Below are positions 26,333 to 40,498 of a stretch of 64,000 nucleotides of DNA, piece after piece (positions within the stretch are counted from its first letter, which is position 1; each line of letters begins with the position of its first letter). The stretch is from Amoebidium appalachense (taxonomy: Eukaryota; Protista; Ichthyosporea). Location: NCBI GenBank assembly GCA_963693365.1, contig CAVNZM010000008.1, positions 10,441,172 to 10,505,171 of the forward strand. Reading direction: 5' to 3'. Below the pieces are notes generated by a model, which saw only the letters and a program-made list of their open reading frames with translations, was not told the origin of the DNA and made no database searches. The translations under genes were made by a program, and so were the position numbers.

Positions 26333-27256
26333 GGGGTACAATATGAGCTTAAAGTTCAAACTAGCTTCACATAGCTTCACATGTGCTGAAATGCGGACGT
26401 AAACAAGCATTGGAAAGGACAGGTGTAGACGGTAAGGGGTATGTGGGGATAGGTGGGTATAAGGGCACAGATCAAGAACCAGAAGAGCAAGGCTCTACGT
26501 GTGGTTGCTTGATAGAAATAGGGGGACGGATGGATAGTGTGGTACAAAGGTGTGTGCTTGAAAACGGAGTTTTGGGGTGATGGTGGTGATGAAGGACTTG
26601 GAAAGGTGAGGTGAGGGGGTGGGGTGGTGGTGAGGGGGCATGGGGGGGGGGGGGGGGGGGGGGGGGAAAGGGGGGGGGGGGGGGGGGGGGGGGGGGGGTA
26701 TGAAGAAAAGGTAGTAAGCCAGGGGGGGTGGTGTGTGCGCATGTGTGTGTGTGTGTGATTGTGGGGTGGAGGAGTGTATGTGTGGGGAGGTTGGGGGGGG
26801 GGGGGATAAAGGGGAGATAGGTAGGAAATAGGTGGGAAGAAGGGGGAAGGATGGTTGGGTTTTGGGGTGAAGAGGAGGACTTCCCCTTAGAGGACTAAGG
26901 AGGAGACGAAAGGAGGGCGGGGGGGGGGGGGGGGGGGGGGGGGGAGGGGGAGGGGGATGACGGGGGGAAGAGAGGAGCCCAAAGAAAAGAGGGGGGGGGG
27001 GGGGGGGGAAGAGAGAGAGAGGGGGGAAAGACGAGAGGGGGGGGGGGGTGACGAGGGGAGGGGAAGCCGCGGGGAAGGGGGGGGGGGGGGGAGGGGAGGA
27101 GGGCACACCCAGATTGCCAGCAATAAAGGGCTCACCCTCGGCATTGACCGACTCCTCAGGGATGCCCTCTTCGGCTGCTGACTTGGTCTTCTTGTTGGGC
27201 TCACTCGTCACTCCCTCAATCTCTGTTGGGGGAAAGGGAGGGAGGGAGGGGGGAGG

Positions 27257-27307
<51 letters not shown>

Positions 27308-27879
27308 GGGGGGGGGGCAGGAGTCAGTGGAAATGAGGAGATCCAGCAGTAACGCAGGCTAAAAACGAACAATCGGGTTTGCATTTCAGAATCTTCCGGT
27401 TATCACACACAATTGCAATTCCTGACCATGTGCCTTGAGCACCTGGCCTCCACCCCCACACATCTCACCTACTATTAACCAATCAACCGTTCAATAACTA
27501 AAGCTCTTCTTTCCCCCTAGATCTTACAAACCACCTCTGTCGAACTATTTGTCCCCCCCCCCCCCCCCCCCCCGGAAAAAAAAAAAAAAAAAAAAAAAAG
27601 ACAAGAAGAAGAAGAAGAAGCAACAGTAATAAAACTTGAAGGCTGCAGACAGATGAATTAACTTTCCGAAATGATGGGGTTGGGAGAGGTCTCTCTTTGC
27701 CTCGAGTAAACAGCGTAAACCCCGGAGAGAAATCGTGTGGACTCGATGGCTTCTATTTTGCTGAGCATATCAATAAAGTCATTATAAAAAATAAAAAAAA
27801 CGGAGGATGGTGGTGATGTCCAAGGGGATGAACAAGGGACGAGAAATAGAAGACGGGGGGGGGGGGGGGGGGAGGAGGA

Positions 27880-27910
<31 letters not shown>

Positions 27911-28056
27911 AACGGACCGACAACAGGGCGCTTGGAGCGGGTTGCACTAGCAGGCCCAGACTTGTCGGCAACGTCAGCCTACGGGTGGGTATGTGTGTAC
28001 AGTGTTTTTTTTTTTGTTTGTTTTTTTTGTTTTTTTTTTTTTTTTTTTTTTGTTTT

Positions 28057-28099
<43 letters not shown>

Positions 28100-28463
28100 G
28101 AAGGTGTTGAGGGGTGGGGAGGTAGGAGTGATGATGGAGAGATTGGAGGGAGGGAGGAGCGGGGAGGGGTAACATTAACCCATAAACATTGCAAATATAG
28201 ATTCATAGGGCCAATTACCACAACGTATACTTAGAGGGCTGTCTGTGTGAAGATTAGAACCTCAGGGCATGCAAATGTAAGACAGAGGTCAGAAAGGTTA
28301 GAGGCAGTGGGGTGGAGTGGTGGGAGTCTCCAAATTTCGCTTCCTATTCCATTTTCTCTCTTGTTTCGGTGCTTATGTGTGTGCGTCTCTAAGGCTCCCG
28401 GGTGCGGAGGGGGAGAGGGGGGGGGGGGGGTTTACCCGGGAAGGTTAAGTTCTGAGAACCCGA

Positions 28464-28507
<44 letters not shown>

Positions 28508-28713
28508 CTAACCGTTTCCTCCAGTCCCTCCACGTCTTCTTCACCCTCCTCGTCTCTGCAAAAAAAGGGAAAGAGATTGCCAATGAGTTATGTTTGTCCC
28601 GGAACAAAAAAGATTATTCTACAGTGCAAGGGCGCTTGAGCACTGTTGAATGGGGGCAAGGGGTTGCGAGGGGGGTTGCGGGTGGTGTTTATTTTATTTT
28701 ATTTTTATTTTTA

Positions 28714-28747
<34 letters not shown>

Positions 28748-28974
28748 TCACTCAGAATGTTAAAAACGTTCTGCAGAGACCGGTAACCGTGACAAAAACT
28801 GAACATGTGTCTGGGGGCATCACATCGGCACAACGGAAGAGAAACGAAAAGGAGCCCGGGGAAGGGGGGGGGGGGGAGTTGGGGGAGTTAGATGGGAAAT
28901 ATGGCGTAACTGTGCGGCTTAGGGGAAGAAACGGGGATGGGTTAAAAAAAAAAGTCAAGGACCCTTGGTTCAGG

Positions 28975-29010
<36 letters not shown>

Positions 29011-30890
29011 GTTTTGGGGGGGGGGGAGGGGGGGGGGGGGGGGGGGAAAGGCGGGGAGGGGAGGGAGAAGGGGATGGGGGAGGAGGGGGGAGAGGTGGAT
29101 TTAGACAGATAGGCCTTGGGGAGGCAGAGGGAGAGAGGGATGAAGACAAAATTTTCAACTTCAGAGCCATGTGTCCTTGCGTGCACGTACCCCTCCCCGC
29201 CCTTTGCCGGGCCCTCTCCCACCACGTCCTTAGCCTCCTCCCCCTCCTTCGGTCTGTAGTCGGGCCCACCAGACGTGTCGAGTGCAGCTTCATCTTCAAA
29301 GTCTCCAATGTCGTCAGTGTAGCCCGGAATGCCCTCCCCTAAAAAGAAAAAAAAAAAGAAAAGAAAAAGAAGAAAAAGAAGAAGAAAAGAAAGAAAGAAA
29401 GAAACAAGGCTAAGTCAGTATGGGGGGTTTACGCTGTTTACTCGAGGCAAAGAGAAACCAGCCTCAGGTATGGGGGGGGTCTCAGGTTCAGTATTTGTAC
29501 AAGGCAAAAAGAAGAGACAGTGGGTGGGGAAGGTGCGGATAGGGTAAAGGGGGAGCAGGGGGGGTGGGGGAGGAGAAGGGCGGAGAGGCGGAGAGGCGGG
29601 GGCGGGGGGCGGGGGGGGGGGGGGGGGGGGGGGAGGGGGGGAGGGGGCCGGGGGGGGGGGGGGGGGAGGACGGGAAGTGGGGGGGGGGGGGGGGGGGCAA
29701 AAGCCTAGATAGAATAAGAAAGGGTCATGTGAGATCAAGGCAAAACTTTGTTGATTTCCTTCTTGCCAAATATATTGAGGCCAACACACCCCCTCTCAAA
29801 CGGTGCTTTTCTATTCCAACTCACTTCACTCCCTCTCCCCTCGAAATACCCGTTTCCCTTTCAAAGGCCAACATGCCAACCTAGCCCCAAATTTCGGTCC
29901 GTCCCACCCTTCCGGCTCGCGTTTCTTTTTTTTCTTTTTCTTTTTTTTGGGGGGGGGGCAGCGTCATCAGTGGGGCCGACATTTGGGGGCAAATGGCAAC
30001 CGAGGCACAAAGAAATGTTCCTTCCGTCAAGTGTCGAAATAAAAGCCCATGCGTGGGGAGGAGGGGGAGAAAGGGGCGGAGGAGGAGAAGGAGATGGGGG
30101 GAAGAGGGTGGGGGGGGGGGGGGGGGGAGGGGGGGGGGAGGGGGGGGGGGGGGGGGGGGAGGGGGGGAGGGGGGGGGGGGGGAGGGGGGGGGGGGGGGGG
30201 GGGGGAGGGGGGGGGGGGGGGGGGCAAAGTGTACCTTCAGGTGAGCCAGCGTCAGGGTTCTCCTCCAAAAACTTTGCTTTCTGTTTGATTAGGGAAAAAT
30301 CAATTGGCAACAACTACCAAAATCGAAAAACAAAACCAAAAAAAAAAAAAAAAGAAGGGGGGGGGGGGGGGGGGGGGGCTGTTGGTGTGCTTTTCATTGT
30401 AACCCCCCCCCCCCTCCCCTCCCCTCCCCCTTTTTTCCCCAGGATATATGCCTTGTGGACATTCCAGAACTTGTGATTCACTCTTCGTGTCTACAAGTGA
30501 ATAAACACACATTGGTGTGCTGACTTATCATGATTTCATGTGCCTGAGAAGACTATTCGTAGTCAATCGAAAGAGGGAAAAAGGAGCAAGTCTAATGATA
30601 ACGAGTTACCAGCCGATCCTTTTTTGTGTGTGTGGGTGTGTGTGTGTGTGTGTTGGGGGGGGGGGGGGGGGGGGGGGGGAGAGGGGGTATTTGTTGTTAA
30701 GCAGCCATTCAGGTACCAATACAGGGGGGGGGGGGGGGGGTTGTCAACGGGCTGTTTGGGAAAAAAGGAAGGTTTGGGGGGGGGGGGGGGGGGGGGGGAG
30801 GGGGGGGGGAGGGGGGGGGGGGAGACGGAGACGTGTTTTCTTCTTCTTTTTTTTTTTTTTGGGTGTGTGTGTGTGTGTGGTGGTGGTGGT

Positions 30891-30926
<36 letters not shown>

Positions 30927-31116
30927 GTACCTGGTCGTAGTACTGTTTAAGGGCTTCAGTGACCTTGTCAGCATAAGGCTTCTTGTCCTCTTCACTCATG
31001 CCCCGCCACTGTGCAACCTTACCGTAAGTGGGTGGTGCAAATACGTCTGGTTGGTGCTTCACTGAGATCTTCTGATTATTATTAGTATCTAAAAAGTTCA
31101 GTTTATATATCTGATC

Positions 31117-31164
<48 letters not shown>

Positions 31165-31711
31165 ACGCACACACAAAAAAAATGCTTTCGACCAGCAAAT
31201 GTCCGTTCAGTTCCTCCCGGTGGTGTAGCTTGCTAGATAGTCCCACCACCCTCCCCCATTCCTATTCCCTATACAATCACTACAGTAATGAAATAGTACT
31301 CATAACTCCGCTCCTGTAGCTTCTGCTAAATCACCTTCGTGCCTCCGATAGTATACCCACCCTGTTCTCTCTGCCTGAGAACAAAAAGCAAACAAACAAC
31401 GGGAGAAAAAAATCCGTCCTGCCCTTTCATACAAGATGCGCAGAGGCAGATAATCAACCCGCTGAACACAATCATATGCCACTCGTTCAAATAGGCAAGC
31501 CAATCCCCCCCCCCCCCCCCCCCCCCCCGCGCCGCGCTAAAAAGAAAAAGAAAGAAAAGAAAGAAAGAGAGAGAACAGAAAGAAAGAAAGAAAAGGAAAG
31601 AAAAGTAACGGCCTGAAGTATATTTACATGGAAACAGTGATCCGCGGCAACTTCAAACCACGTCACAGCTCATAGTTCCACAACCAAAAACGAAACAAAA
31701 CCAGGTCTCTC

Positions 31712-31744
<33 letters not shown>

Positions 31745-31996
31745 CCCCCGAAAAAAAAAGCCAGATCTCCCCCCCGCCCCCCGCCCTCCCCCTCCGCCTC
31801 TCTGTCCCTGTCAGATCTCTCATTTTTAATCCGGAGGGGGAGGGGGGGGGGGGGGTGGAGGGGGGTATTTGCCTCTTCAGCCAGCTTTTTGGACATGTCT
31901 GGGCCGGACATCTCGGGGTGCTCCTTCTTGAGACCAGGCCGCTTGTCGCCAAGAAAGTAGAAGAACCCAGATGTCTTTTTTATTTTTTTTTTATTT

Positions 31997-32048
<52 letters not shown>

Positions 32049-32298
32049 AAAGAAATTGGAGATAGTTGGCCTAGTGGTGAAGTTGGATTATAATGTGTAT
32101 TTTCGACTGAGTGCCACACGGGGAGACGAGAAGGGGGGAGGGGGGCGGGGATGGGGTAACTAAGGGGGGGGGGGGGGGGGGGGGGGGGCAGCAGAAGGAG
32201 AGCAAGGGAGAGGCGGAGGAAGAGAGCAGGGTTGAACGAGAATGACTAGGGGGAGCTAAAAAAATGCTTTTTCTTTTTTTCTTTTTTTTTTTTTTTTT

Positions 32299-32329
<31 letters not shown>

Positions 32330-32826
32330 AGGTAGCAGACCTGTAGCTATTGAACTCCATAAGCCAATATTGCTGTGCGCAAAAATTCCACTTTTCCTTA
32401 ACACCCTCTGCTCTATATCTCAGTTTATTACTTTTTCTGGAGAGGTAGGAGAGGGGCCGGGGGGGGGGGGGGGGGGGGGGGGGGTTTCGATCGGACAACC
32501 GCTGATAACAATCTTTTCTTGTCCGGTGAGGAATGAATAATTCGAATTTTTCCCTGTTTCTTTAGTTGAACCCGTTCCACTGCCTTAGATTGTGCAAAAA
32601 AAAAAAAAAAAAGAGAGAGAGAGAAAGAAAGAAAGAAAGAAAGAAAGAAAAGAAACAAAGAAAGAAAGAAAGAAACGGGGAAAAAAAAAAAAGAAAAAAA
32701 AAAAAAAAAAAAAACGAAAAATGAGAAACGTGCAAAACTCTAGCAAATTCGAACAGTCACAAATCACATACATCGATTGGTGCTCGTGAGACTCACCTGG
32801 GGGCGCTTAGGACGTTCAGCGACCAT
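26108..32826 (-). CDS. Single HMG-box protein with an acidic low-complexity tail; exons 32826-32797, 31974-31873, 31008-30931, 30290-30235, 29338-29191, 28555-28513, 27978-27918, 27222-27136, 26166-26108
   Basis: Spliced product MVAERPKRPQTSGFFYFLGDKRPGLKKEHPEMSGPDMSKKLAEEWRGMSEEDKKPYADK... is a typical HMG box. All nine exons are phase-consistent; intron 2 is GC-AG. Confidence 0.88.
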
Positions 32827-32983
32827 TTTGATGAGAAGTAGGTAGCTACTTGACAAACTGTAGGGGTTTTATCCGTTAGGCTGTACGGGGATATATGTGC
32901 TAAGGTGCCCAAGCAATCGTACAACACGGAGTCAGAACCGATTCAATATTCAAAACGATGTCTTCCTCCCGACCTCTTGAGCC

Positions 32984-33030
<47 letters not shown>

Positions 33031-33828
33031 AAAAAATGTATTTTTTGATCTTTGACTGAGAAAGCTGTGAAAGAAATTTCCCATAGCCTGATGCAAACAA
33101 AAACCAGGTCCAAAAAAAAAAAAAAAATCCCACCGAATTGCACCACCACCGTGAACCACCCTATAATCCTAATCCCTGAAAAAGAAGAAAACAACGTAAA
33201 GAAGAGTGGAGCACAAAGGGAAAACGGGCCGATTGGGTTGACAGATAGGAACCGTTCCTGCAAACTATTCACCATCATTTGAACAATAGCCGACACGGAG
33301 GCATAGCTAATGGGCTACGCACCAAACAATCCCAGAACCGACAAAACAAGAAAAACACGGCCTCTCCCTTTTTGGTTTTCTCTCTAGGAAGATTTTTGCT
33401 CCCTCCTTCCAGCCCTTTGTTCATTACGTGCACATGAAGACACACACAACTTGGCCATTGGACACACAATAAATGAGGTTTCGTTTTTTACCGGTGTGAC
33501 TAAAAGTACCCCTGTCACGTTTTGCAAAGCAAAAAACACGAATGGAGGGAGTTTTTGAGTTTACCTTTCACAGCGAACACAAAGACAAACTGCCACACGA
33601 AAAGGGAGTTCCCAACTGATATACCCAGTGAGTTTTCCCCCGTTCTTGCTCTCCCGTACATGTCAGGACTCATCCGTTGGGGTCATGTAACGTTTCACCC
33701 AAAAATTCAAATGTGCAGATTGAATATCGTGTACTGTACAGTGTGCATGTTACACTAGTCTAATGCACACACATACCAACCTTTTTTTTTTTTTTTTTTT
33801 TTTTTTTTGGTTTCCCCAACTTTATTTT

Positions 33829-34110
<282 letters not shown>

Positions 34111-34542
34111 ACCGTGATGACAGGTATTTATGAGTAGGGTGAAGCTGCCCACTGTCATCCACGTTCATGAGATGAAGCGAGCTATTCATTCTTTCTGTCG
34201 CATCACTCATGCAGATTCGGTAGGCGGGTTTTTCGTTGTTTGCTCCTAGAATCCCGTATGTACATATACATTATACCAGACGTAATTGTTATGTGATTTA
34301 TAAAGTAGCTCGCTAATAGTATTATGGCTACCGGGCCCACATTGCAAATTGCTGTCCATGCTGTGCGTGTGCATGAAAGAATTAAAACTGCAATTGTTCA
34401 AAAGCCACGATAGTATCGTAAAAGTAGCCTGTGCCACATCCATTGGCAAGCATTTGTCACGTGGATGTACCGACGGTCCAAAATCATGGTTTTACTACCA
34501 GGCAGCCAGGAGAGCTTTTTCTTTCTTTCTTTCTTCATTTTT

Positions 34543-34610
<68 letters not shown>

Positions 34611-34666
34611 TGTGTGTGCGCGTGCGTGCGTGTGTGTGTGTGTTGGGGGTGGGTGGGTGGGCCACT

Positions 34667-34733
<67 letters not shown>

Positions 34734-35633
34734 AGCAAAAAGGAGAAGGCGGCGCGGCCCGACCCACGGGGGAGGGGCGGCCGGGGTTTTGGGGTGGTGT
34801 CCGAGAATTGAGCCAGAATATTGAAATGGAAGAAGACCCGTAGGTACATAGTATTACGCGTGCCTCTGCAGACATGAAGACAAAAGCTTCAAGCACCAAT
34901 AGAACTGAAGACAGAACCTACAAAAAAGGCATAGTGCTCGTGACAGAGCTCGTGACAAATTGTCCAGGCAATCCACACCACACCGTATTGGCAACAGACC
35001 ACCGGGGCACTGGTGTCGCTTCATTATTGTTGGGCGGAAGGGGATGGAGCGGAGGAGGGGGAGGGGGCCGGGGAGGAGGCCAAGAGAGGGAGGTCGTGAT
35101 GGTTTGGAGGGGAAGGATGGAAGGGGGGGGGGGGCGGGAGGGGGGGGGGGGGGGGGGGGGAGGGAGGAGGTTGCAACTTGCAGAGAGGCTCTTGACGGCC
35201 TCCTGCCTTTTCCAGCGCAGCCAATCAAATGTAGCCATGACGTCACTCCGAGTCCGGACAGCATTCGTCCCACAATCGAACACGAAAAAAGATATCCATA
35301 ATCAGCGCCAGATTGCAATGGCAAAGGTCCTGCTGAAGCGCCTGGCTGTCCATACGTTGTGTGGAAGGGTCAGGCTGCAAGGCTCACTCTGCCCTTTGGT
35401 GCGGGGTGACCATTGCTGGCACGTCCGACGGGAACGAGTGCACTTAGTGTTGAATGCAGACCATGCATGATGTAAGAGAGAAACTACATGGGCACCATTT
35501 TAATATGGTTTTTCAGTTCTCCAGTTTTTAATGTCGCCATGCTTATAAATAGAAGTCAAGTGGCCGCTATTCGATTGTACATGTGAGCCAGTCAACCGAG
35601 GGGTGGGGTGGGGTGGGGATCGGAGCATATAGT

Positions 35634-35688
<55 letters not shown>

Positions 35689-36379
35689 CGGAGGGGATCC
35701 ATCACCATGGCCACCCACATCCCACTGGTCCAGGGGAGCTGGAGGTCGCCCATAATTCTATTGTCACACTGATCATGTTATCCGCTTCAGGGACCCACTG
35801 GCCGGAAACGAACACACACGCACTCTAGACACAGACGCACGCACACACACGCACACATGCACATGCGCGCACGCATGCACGCGCGGGCGCACAAAAACAC
35901 ACATACACACACACACACACACACACGCACACACAAACACACACACACACACACACTTCAAATTTACAAACACGCGGTAGTGCAGCAACTGCAGAGGCAC
36001 GGAGTCTTCGCCATCGCCATCATCAAAGTTGCCTGTGTGCTATTTTACGCGCACATGTTAAGTCTGAAGGGTCTCGAACATGTGTTCCCTTGGACGTAGG
36101 CTAGATTTTGTGCTTATAACCTTTGCCATGAACTACAATCAAAACGATGCAAGTTTTTCGTTCGTCGACGGCTGGGCCTGGCACACCGGCGGCAGCAGGC
36201 TGCGGCCGTGGGGTCAGGCAGTCAGGAGCCCGCCAAAAATATAACCATATATGGCAGGATCTTCGAATTTCCCAAACTGCCCGTGTAAAAATTTATAAGA
36301 TAAGCTATCTATTGGATAAAAGAGTCTGAACTAATCACAAACCTGTATAGAACTTGTTTATCACATACATAGATGGCCA

Positions 36380-36480
36380 CGCAAGAGCACATGTGACAGC
36401 CTGCCAATCACAGTAATCTACGTTTCGCGGGCCGGGCCGTGACCCGCGCTCTCTCGTTTTGTGCCATCCACCGTCCCTCG
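36380..36480 (+). promoter_or_regulatory. Candidate eIF4E promoter motifs (E-box-like CACATGTGAC, CCAAT box)
   Basis: Motifs lie in a microsatellite-free region about 400 bp upstream of the ATG. Function is inferred. Confidence 0.35.
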
Positions 36481-36827
36481 TGACCCACATGGGTTCGCAC
36501 TTGCTCTCATCGCACTCTTCTGTCACAGTTTCAACGCGAAAACGAAGTGTGAGAGAGACCTTTTTTTTTTTAACTTCTGTTTTACAGTTTACTTACGCAA
36601 TTGTAAATTTAACATAACCGAACTGGCTTCTAGGCTATACCTGGGAGTGTAAGACAATACGGGGTAGGCATAAACATACAGCGAGAGGGAGTACATCTAA
36701 GACATAAACACGGACCAAAGACTCGTTTCCAAGAGTAAGATCTACGCTTTACAAACGGTGTATTTCATCTTCATCGCTCCCTCTGGTCTGAAGAATTTGG
36801 GTAGAAACGGTTTTTCTAGCTTAGAAA

Positions 36828-39183
36828 ATGGCGGACCAGGAGCACATCCCAGAAGAGACCACAACCAACCACACAGAAGAGAATAACACACACGCTGACG
36901 AACATGAAAACGACGGAGAAGAGATCGATGATAATGCACCTGTTACTGTGTTTGTGAACCCAAATGCTTCCGACCTCATCAAGCATCCACTCGAGCACGG
37001 GTGGACCCTTTGGTTTGATTCCGTAAACAAAAAACAGAACGCAGAAAACTGGGGTGAGAACCTCAAGCAAGTATACACCTTCAGATTTGTGGAGGACTTC
37101 TGGGGGTGAGTGGCCGCCATTATTATGGTTGCTGGTGTTTGAAATGCGCGCTAAACATTATGCCTACTTATGGTTGACATTTCAAGCTTATTATATAACC
37201 CTCACTTCACTCCCTCCCTCAACCCTCCGATCTTTTTTCTTATTTTTTTTCGCTGGTGAGTTGCGTATGTATATGTTGTCTCCCTGCGCCCCCGCAGACG
37301 ATGGGGAAGTAGTGTCGTTTGCATAGCTGGCTTCCATACACATTCACCCTGTTTCCGTGTTACAAACTTCTATCCTGTGGTGCACCTGCACCTGTGTGCC
37401 TACACCTGCACTGTGTTGTGTGGCACTTGTAGCTACTGACGAGTTAAAAGGCAGGATGTGAATGGGTTTTTTATTTTTCAAATAGTGTAGATTTTACTTG
37501 ATCTGGAAGGAGTAAATCTTATGTGCTTGATACTCAAGAAGCTGGAGGGTGCCTTATCAGTAGGCCCTTTGCAATGAACCAGGTGGCTGTTGGGTGTTTA
37601 GCATATACAAGCACGTGACATGTGTATAGGGCTTTGAGAAGTTGTGTGTGTGGTCAAGTGCTAATATACAAGAGCACATTCTCGTATTGTCTCCTCCATA
37701 CATATATCCCCCCCCCCCCCCCCCCGGGCTCCCCGCCGCCACCACCACCTTCACTGCTCAACACTCGTGTCTCTTCTCTTCCTCCCGTGCCCCCCCCCCC
37801 CCCCCCTCTCCCCTTTAGGTGTTGGTTGGTCTTGGCATGCGTATTCGTATCTACGAAAAGGACAAGAGATATAGCTTTGTACCTTCAGTTCTGTTTCTAA
37901 ATGCCCTGGGACTACATACATCATTTGTAACCACTGGGGATGGCTGCAACAGTGAATCCACTTGTACATCTTATCAACTGTGTACAGGATTAGAGCACTC
38001 TGCTTCCATGCTAGATCGTTGGTGCTTACACCTCCCAGTGGAAAAAAAAAAACGGTTCGGTTATCCTTGGCACACACCACGGTTTGGTTGGCAAACACCG
38101 CGTGCTTCGGGACGGGCACAAAAAGCAATAATTCTTTCCACAGCATACATCATTTCTTTCTTGTACCTATGCACTCTAGCGCAATCACATGTTCCAACCC
38201 ACTAACACCTCTACACGTCATATGCTGAGGTTTCAGTTACATCTCATTATGCTTTTCGGAAATTCACTACATGCACCAACACTACACCTGCACTTCAATA
38301 GGCATTGGAACACTATCACTCGCAGGTCTATTTGTCGGTGGCATAAAACAACAATTACGCAGTGTTCTTCTTTGTAAACACCTGAATTAAGTGGACACAC
38401 GAACAGGACGAGCAACACTGGTAATACTAACCTTTATTAATGCTGATGGCGGAAAAGCACCCAATCATACAAGGTGTTTCCCTGTGGTATGGTCACACTT
38501 TGTCGCATTTTTCTTAAACTCTCTCGTGCCTTGTACTCACAAGCACATACACGTACACACACAGTCAGCAGTGTGTGTGTTTGTCTCCATACTGCTTGGC
38601 GCACCAAGCACCACACCAGACACCTTATTCATGCGCTCAAGCTCATCCCCCCCCCCCCCCCCCTCCCCCTCTTTCCCTCTCTCTTCGAGGATAAGCTTTG
38701 CTTATGACTCACACGGTCCTCCCTGAGGATGGGCTCTGCTTATGACGCATACTGTGCACATGGCTGATGTTGCATACTTGAATGTTTGCCTTTGCATGTG
38801 TCCTGCACCATGCTTCTCGTCGTGTATGCGTACTTTGTACCGTGTTCCGCATTCAAAACCCCCCCCCCCCCCCCCCTCCCTCTTCGGTCACTTATTGGGT
38901 GTACTTAGCACTTGCACTCTTTAACACATTCTAACCCTATTTCCTCCAGGGTGTACAACTCGATCATCAAGCCGTCGCAACTGCAGTTGGGGTCCAACTT
39001 CCACATGTTCAAGGAGGGGGTCAGGCCGGCATGGGAGGACCCAGCAAACACTAACGGTGGCAAGTGGCTGCTGCAGCTGCCCATGGTCAAGAAGGAAGAC
39101 CTGGATGCCGCATGGCAGAATGTGGTGCGTGTTGGTGGGCTTTTGTTTGGTGTGTGTGTGGGGGGGGGGGGGAGGGGGGGCTT

Positions 39184-39227
<44 letters not shown>

Positions 39228-40297
39228 TCGGCATGTGGCGTGTGTGTATAAAGGTGTGTGTGGACAGAGGATGGAATGGGATGACGAGTGGCCTTTTGTG
39301 GTGTGGTGTTCCTTTTGTGGTAAGAGAAATAAGTGTGTGTGGCGGGGTGGGGGGGGGGGGGGGGATGTTGCAATCAGTGAGTGTGAGAGGTCAAACCGAG
39401 TAGTTACAGGTTAGGGAGGAAGATTTCGGTGTCGTGTGGCTACTGCTTGTGTGGTTGGGAAAATTTGTGTGCTGTACGATGTGTGTATGTGTGTTGTGGG
39501 GGGCGGGGAGTGATCTTTGTGTGTGGTTTTTAAAAGATTTCCGTTGTGTGTGTGGGGTTTGGTTAGGGGGGGAGTTCGTGCTCGGGGAACGAGCGGGGGG
39601 GGGGGGGGGGGGCTAAGGGCTGTGTATCTGCTGGTGTGTGTCCCCGCTAATTTTTAGTCGAAGGATTTTGGATTTATTTCTGACAGATGCTTCAGCCCAT
39701 TTGATCGTGGCTGGATGGTGCTTTTTTGTCCCTTCTTTTTCCTTTCCGCTTTCCGTGTAGTGTATTTGTGTGGTGGTGGGCCCCCCCCGGGGGGGGGGGG
39801 GGGTTTGCAATTAGGTGCTAAGAATTCTCGGCGCCACTTACCGTTGGAAGTTGTGCATTTCCAGGTGTGACGGGGATGTTATGTGGTTTATGCTTTCTTT
39901 CTTTCCCCCCCCCCCCCCCCCCTTTTTTTTTGGGGGGGGGGGGGGGGCACAACCCCCGGGGTTGATGAGCAGTAGGTGAGAGGGGGGGGGGGGCGGGTAG
40001 GGGTGGCACATGCATCCAACGAAACCCTTTTTTGATTGGTGTGGCACACAGGTGCTGGGGATGATTGGTGAGGCGTGGTCCGACCTGGACCCCAACGAGA
40101 TCTGCGGTGCCGTGTGCAGTCCAAGGCGCACCAACAACCGCATTGCCCTGTGGACACGCACAGGCTCGGACAAGGCTATGCAGGAGGCGATTGGGCGGCG
40201 CATGAAGCAGCTTTTGAATCTTACCCCCCAGCAAACAATCACTTACCAGCAACACAATGAGACGAGGGGGACATATGGGCAGGAATGGAGAGTGTGA
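36828..40297 (+). CDS. eIF4E: Translation initiation factor 4E, class I; exons 36828-37105, 38950-39124, 40052-40297
   Basis: HPLEHGWTLWF, NW, FVEDFWGVYNSI, FHMFKEGVRPAWEDPANTNGGKW, EICGAVCSPR and RIALWT. The conserved Trp pattern is intact and phases are consistent. Confidence 0.97.
38720..38875 (+). repeat. Family A, copy in eIF4E intron 1
   Basis: CCCTGAGGATGGGCTCTGC...GTGTTCCGCATTCAAAA followed by poly-C. Confidence 0.85.
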
Positions 40298-40461
40298 GAT
40301 TGTGATGGGATCGGTGATGGTATCGGCGAGATTTGGGCGGGATTGGGAGATTTGCGTTATTTGAGATGATGGCTCCGGCGCGTTCGGGTAATGTGGCGGG
40401 AGAAATCTGCTGTGTGCGGATTAATGCAAGGACCGTTTGCAAGAATGTGTCTGGCGCATTC

Positions 40462-40498
<37 letters not shown>

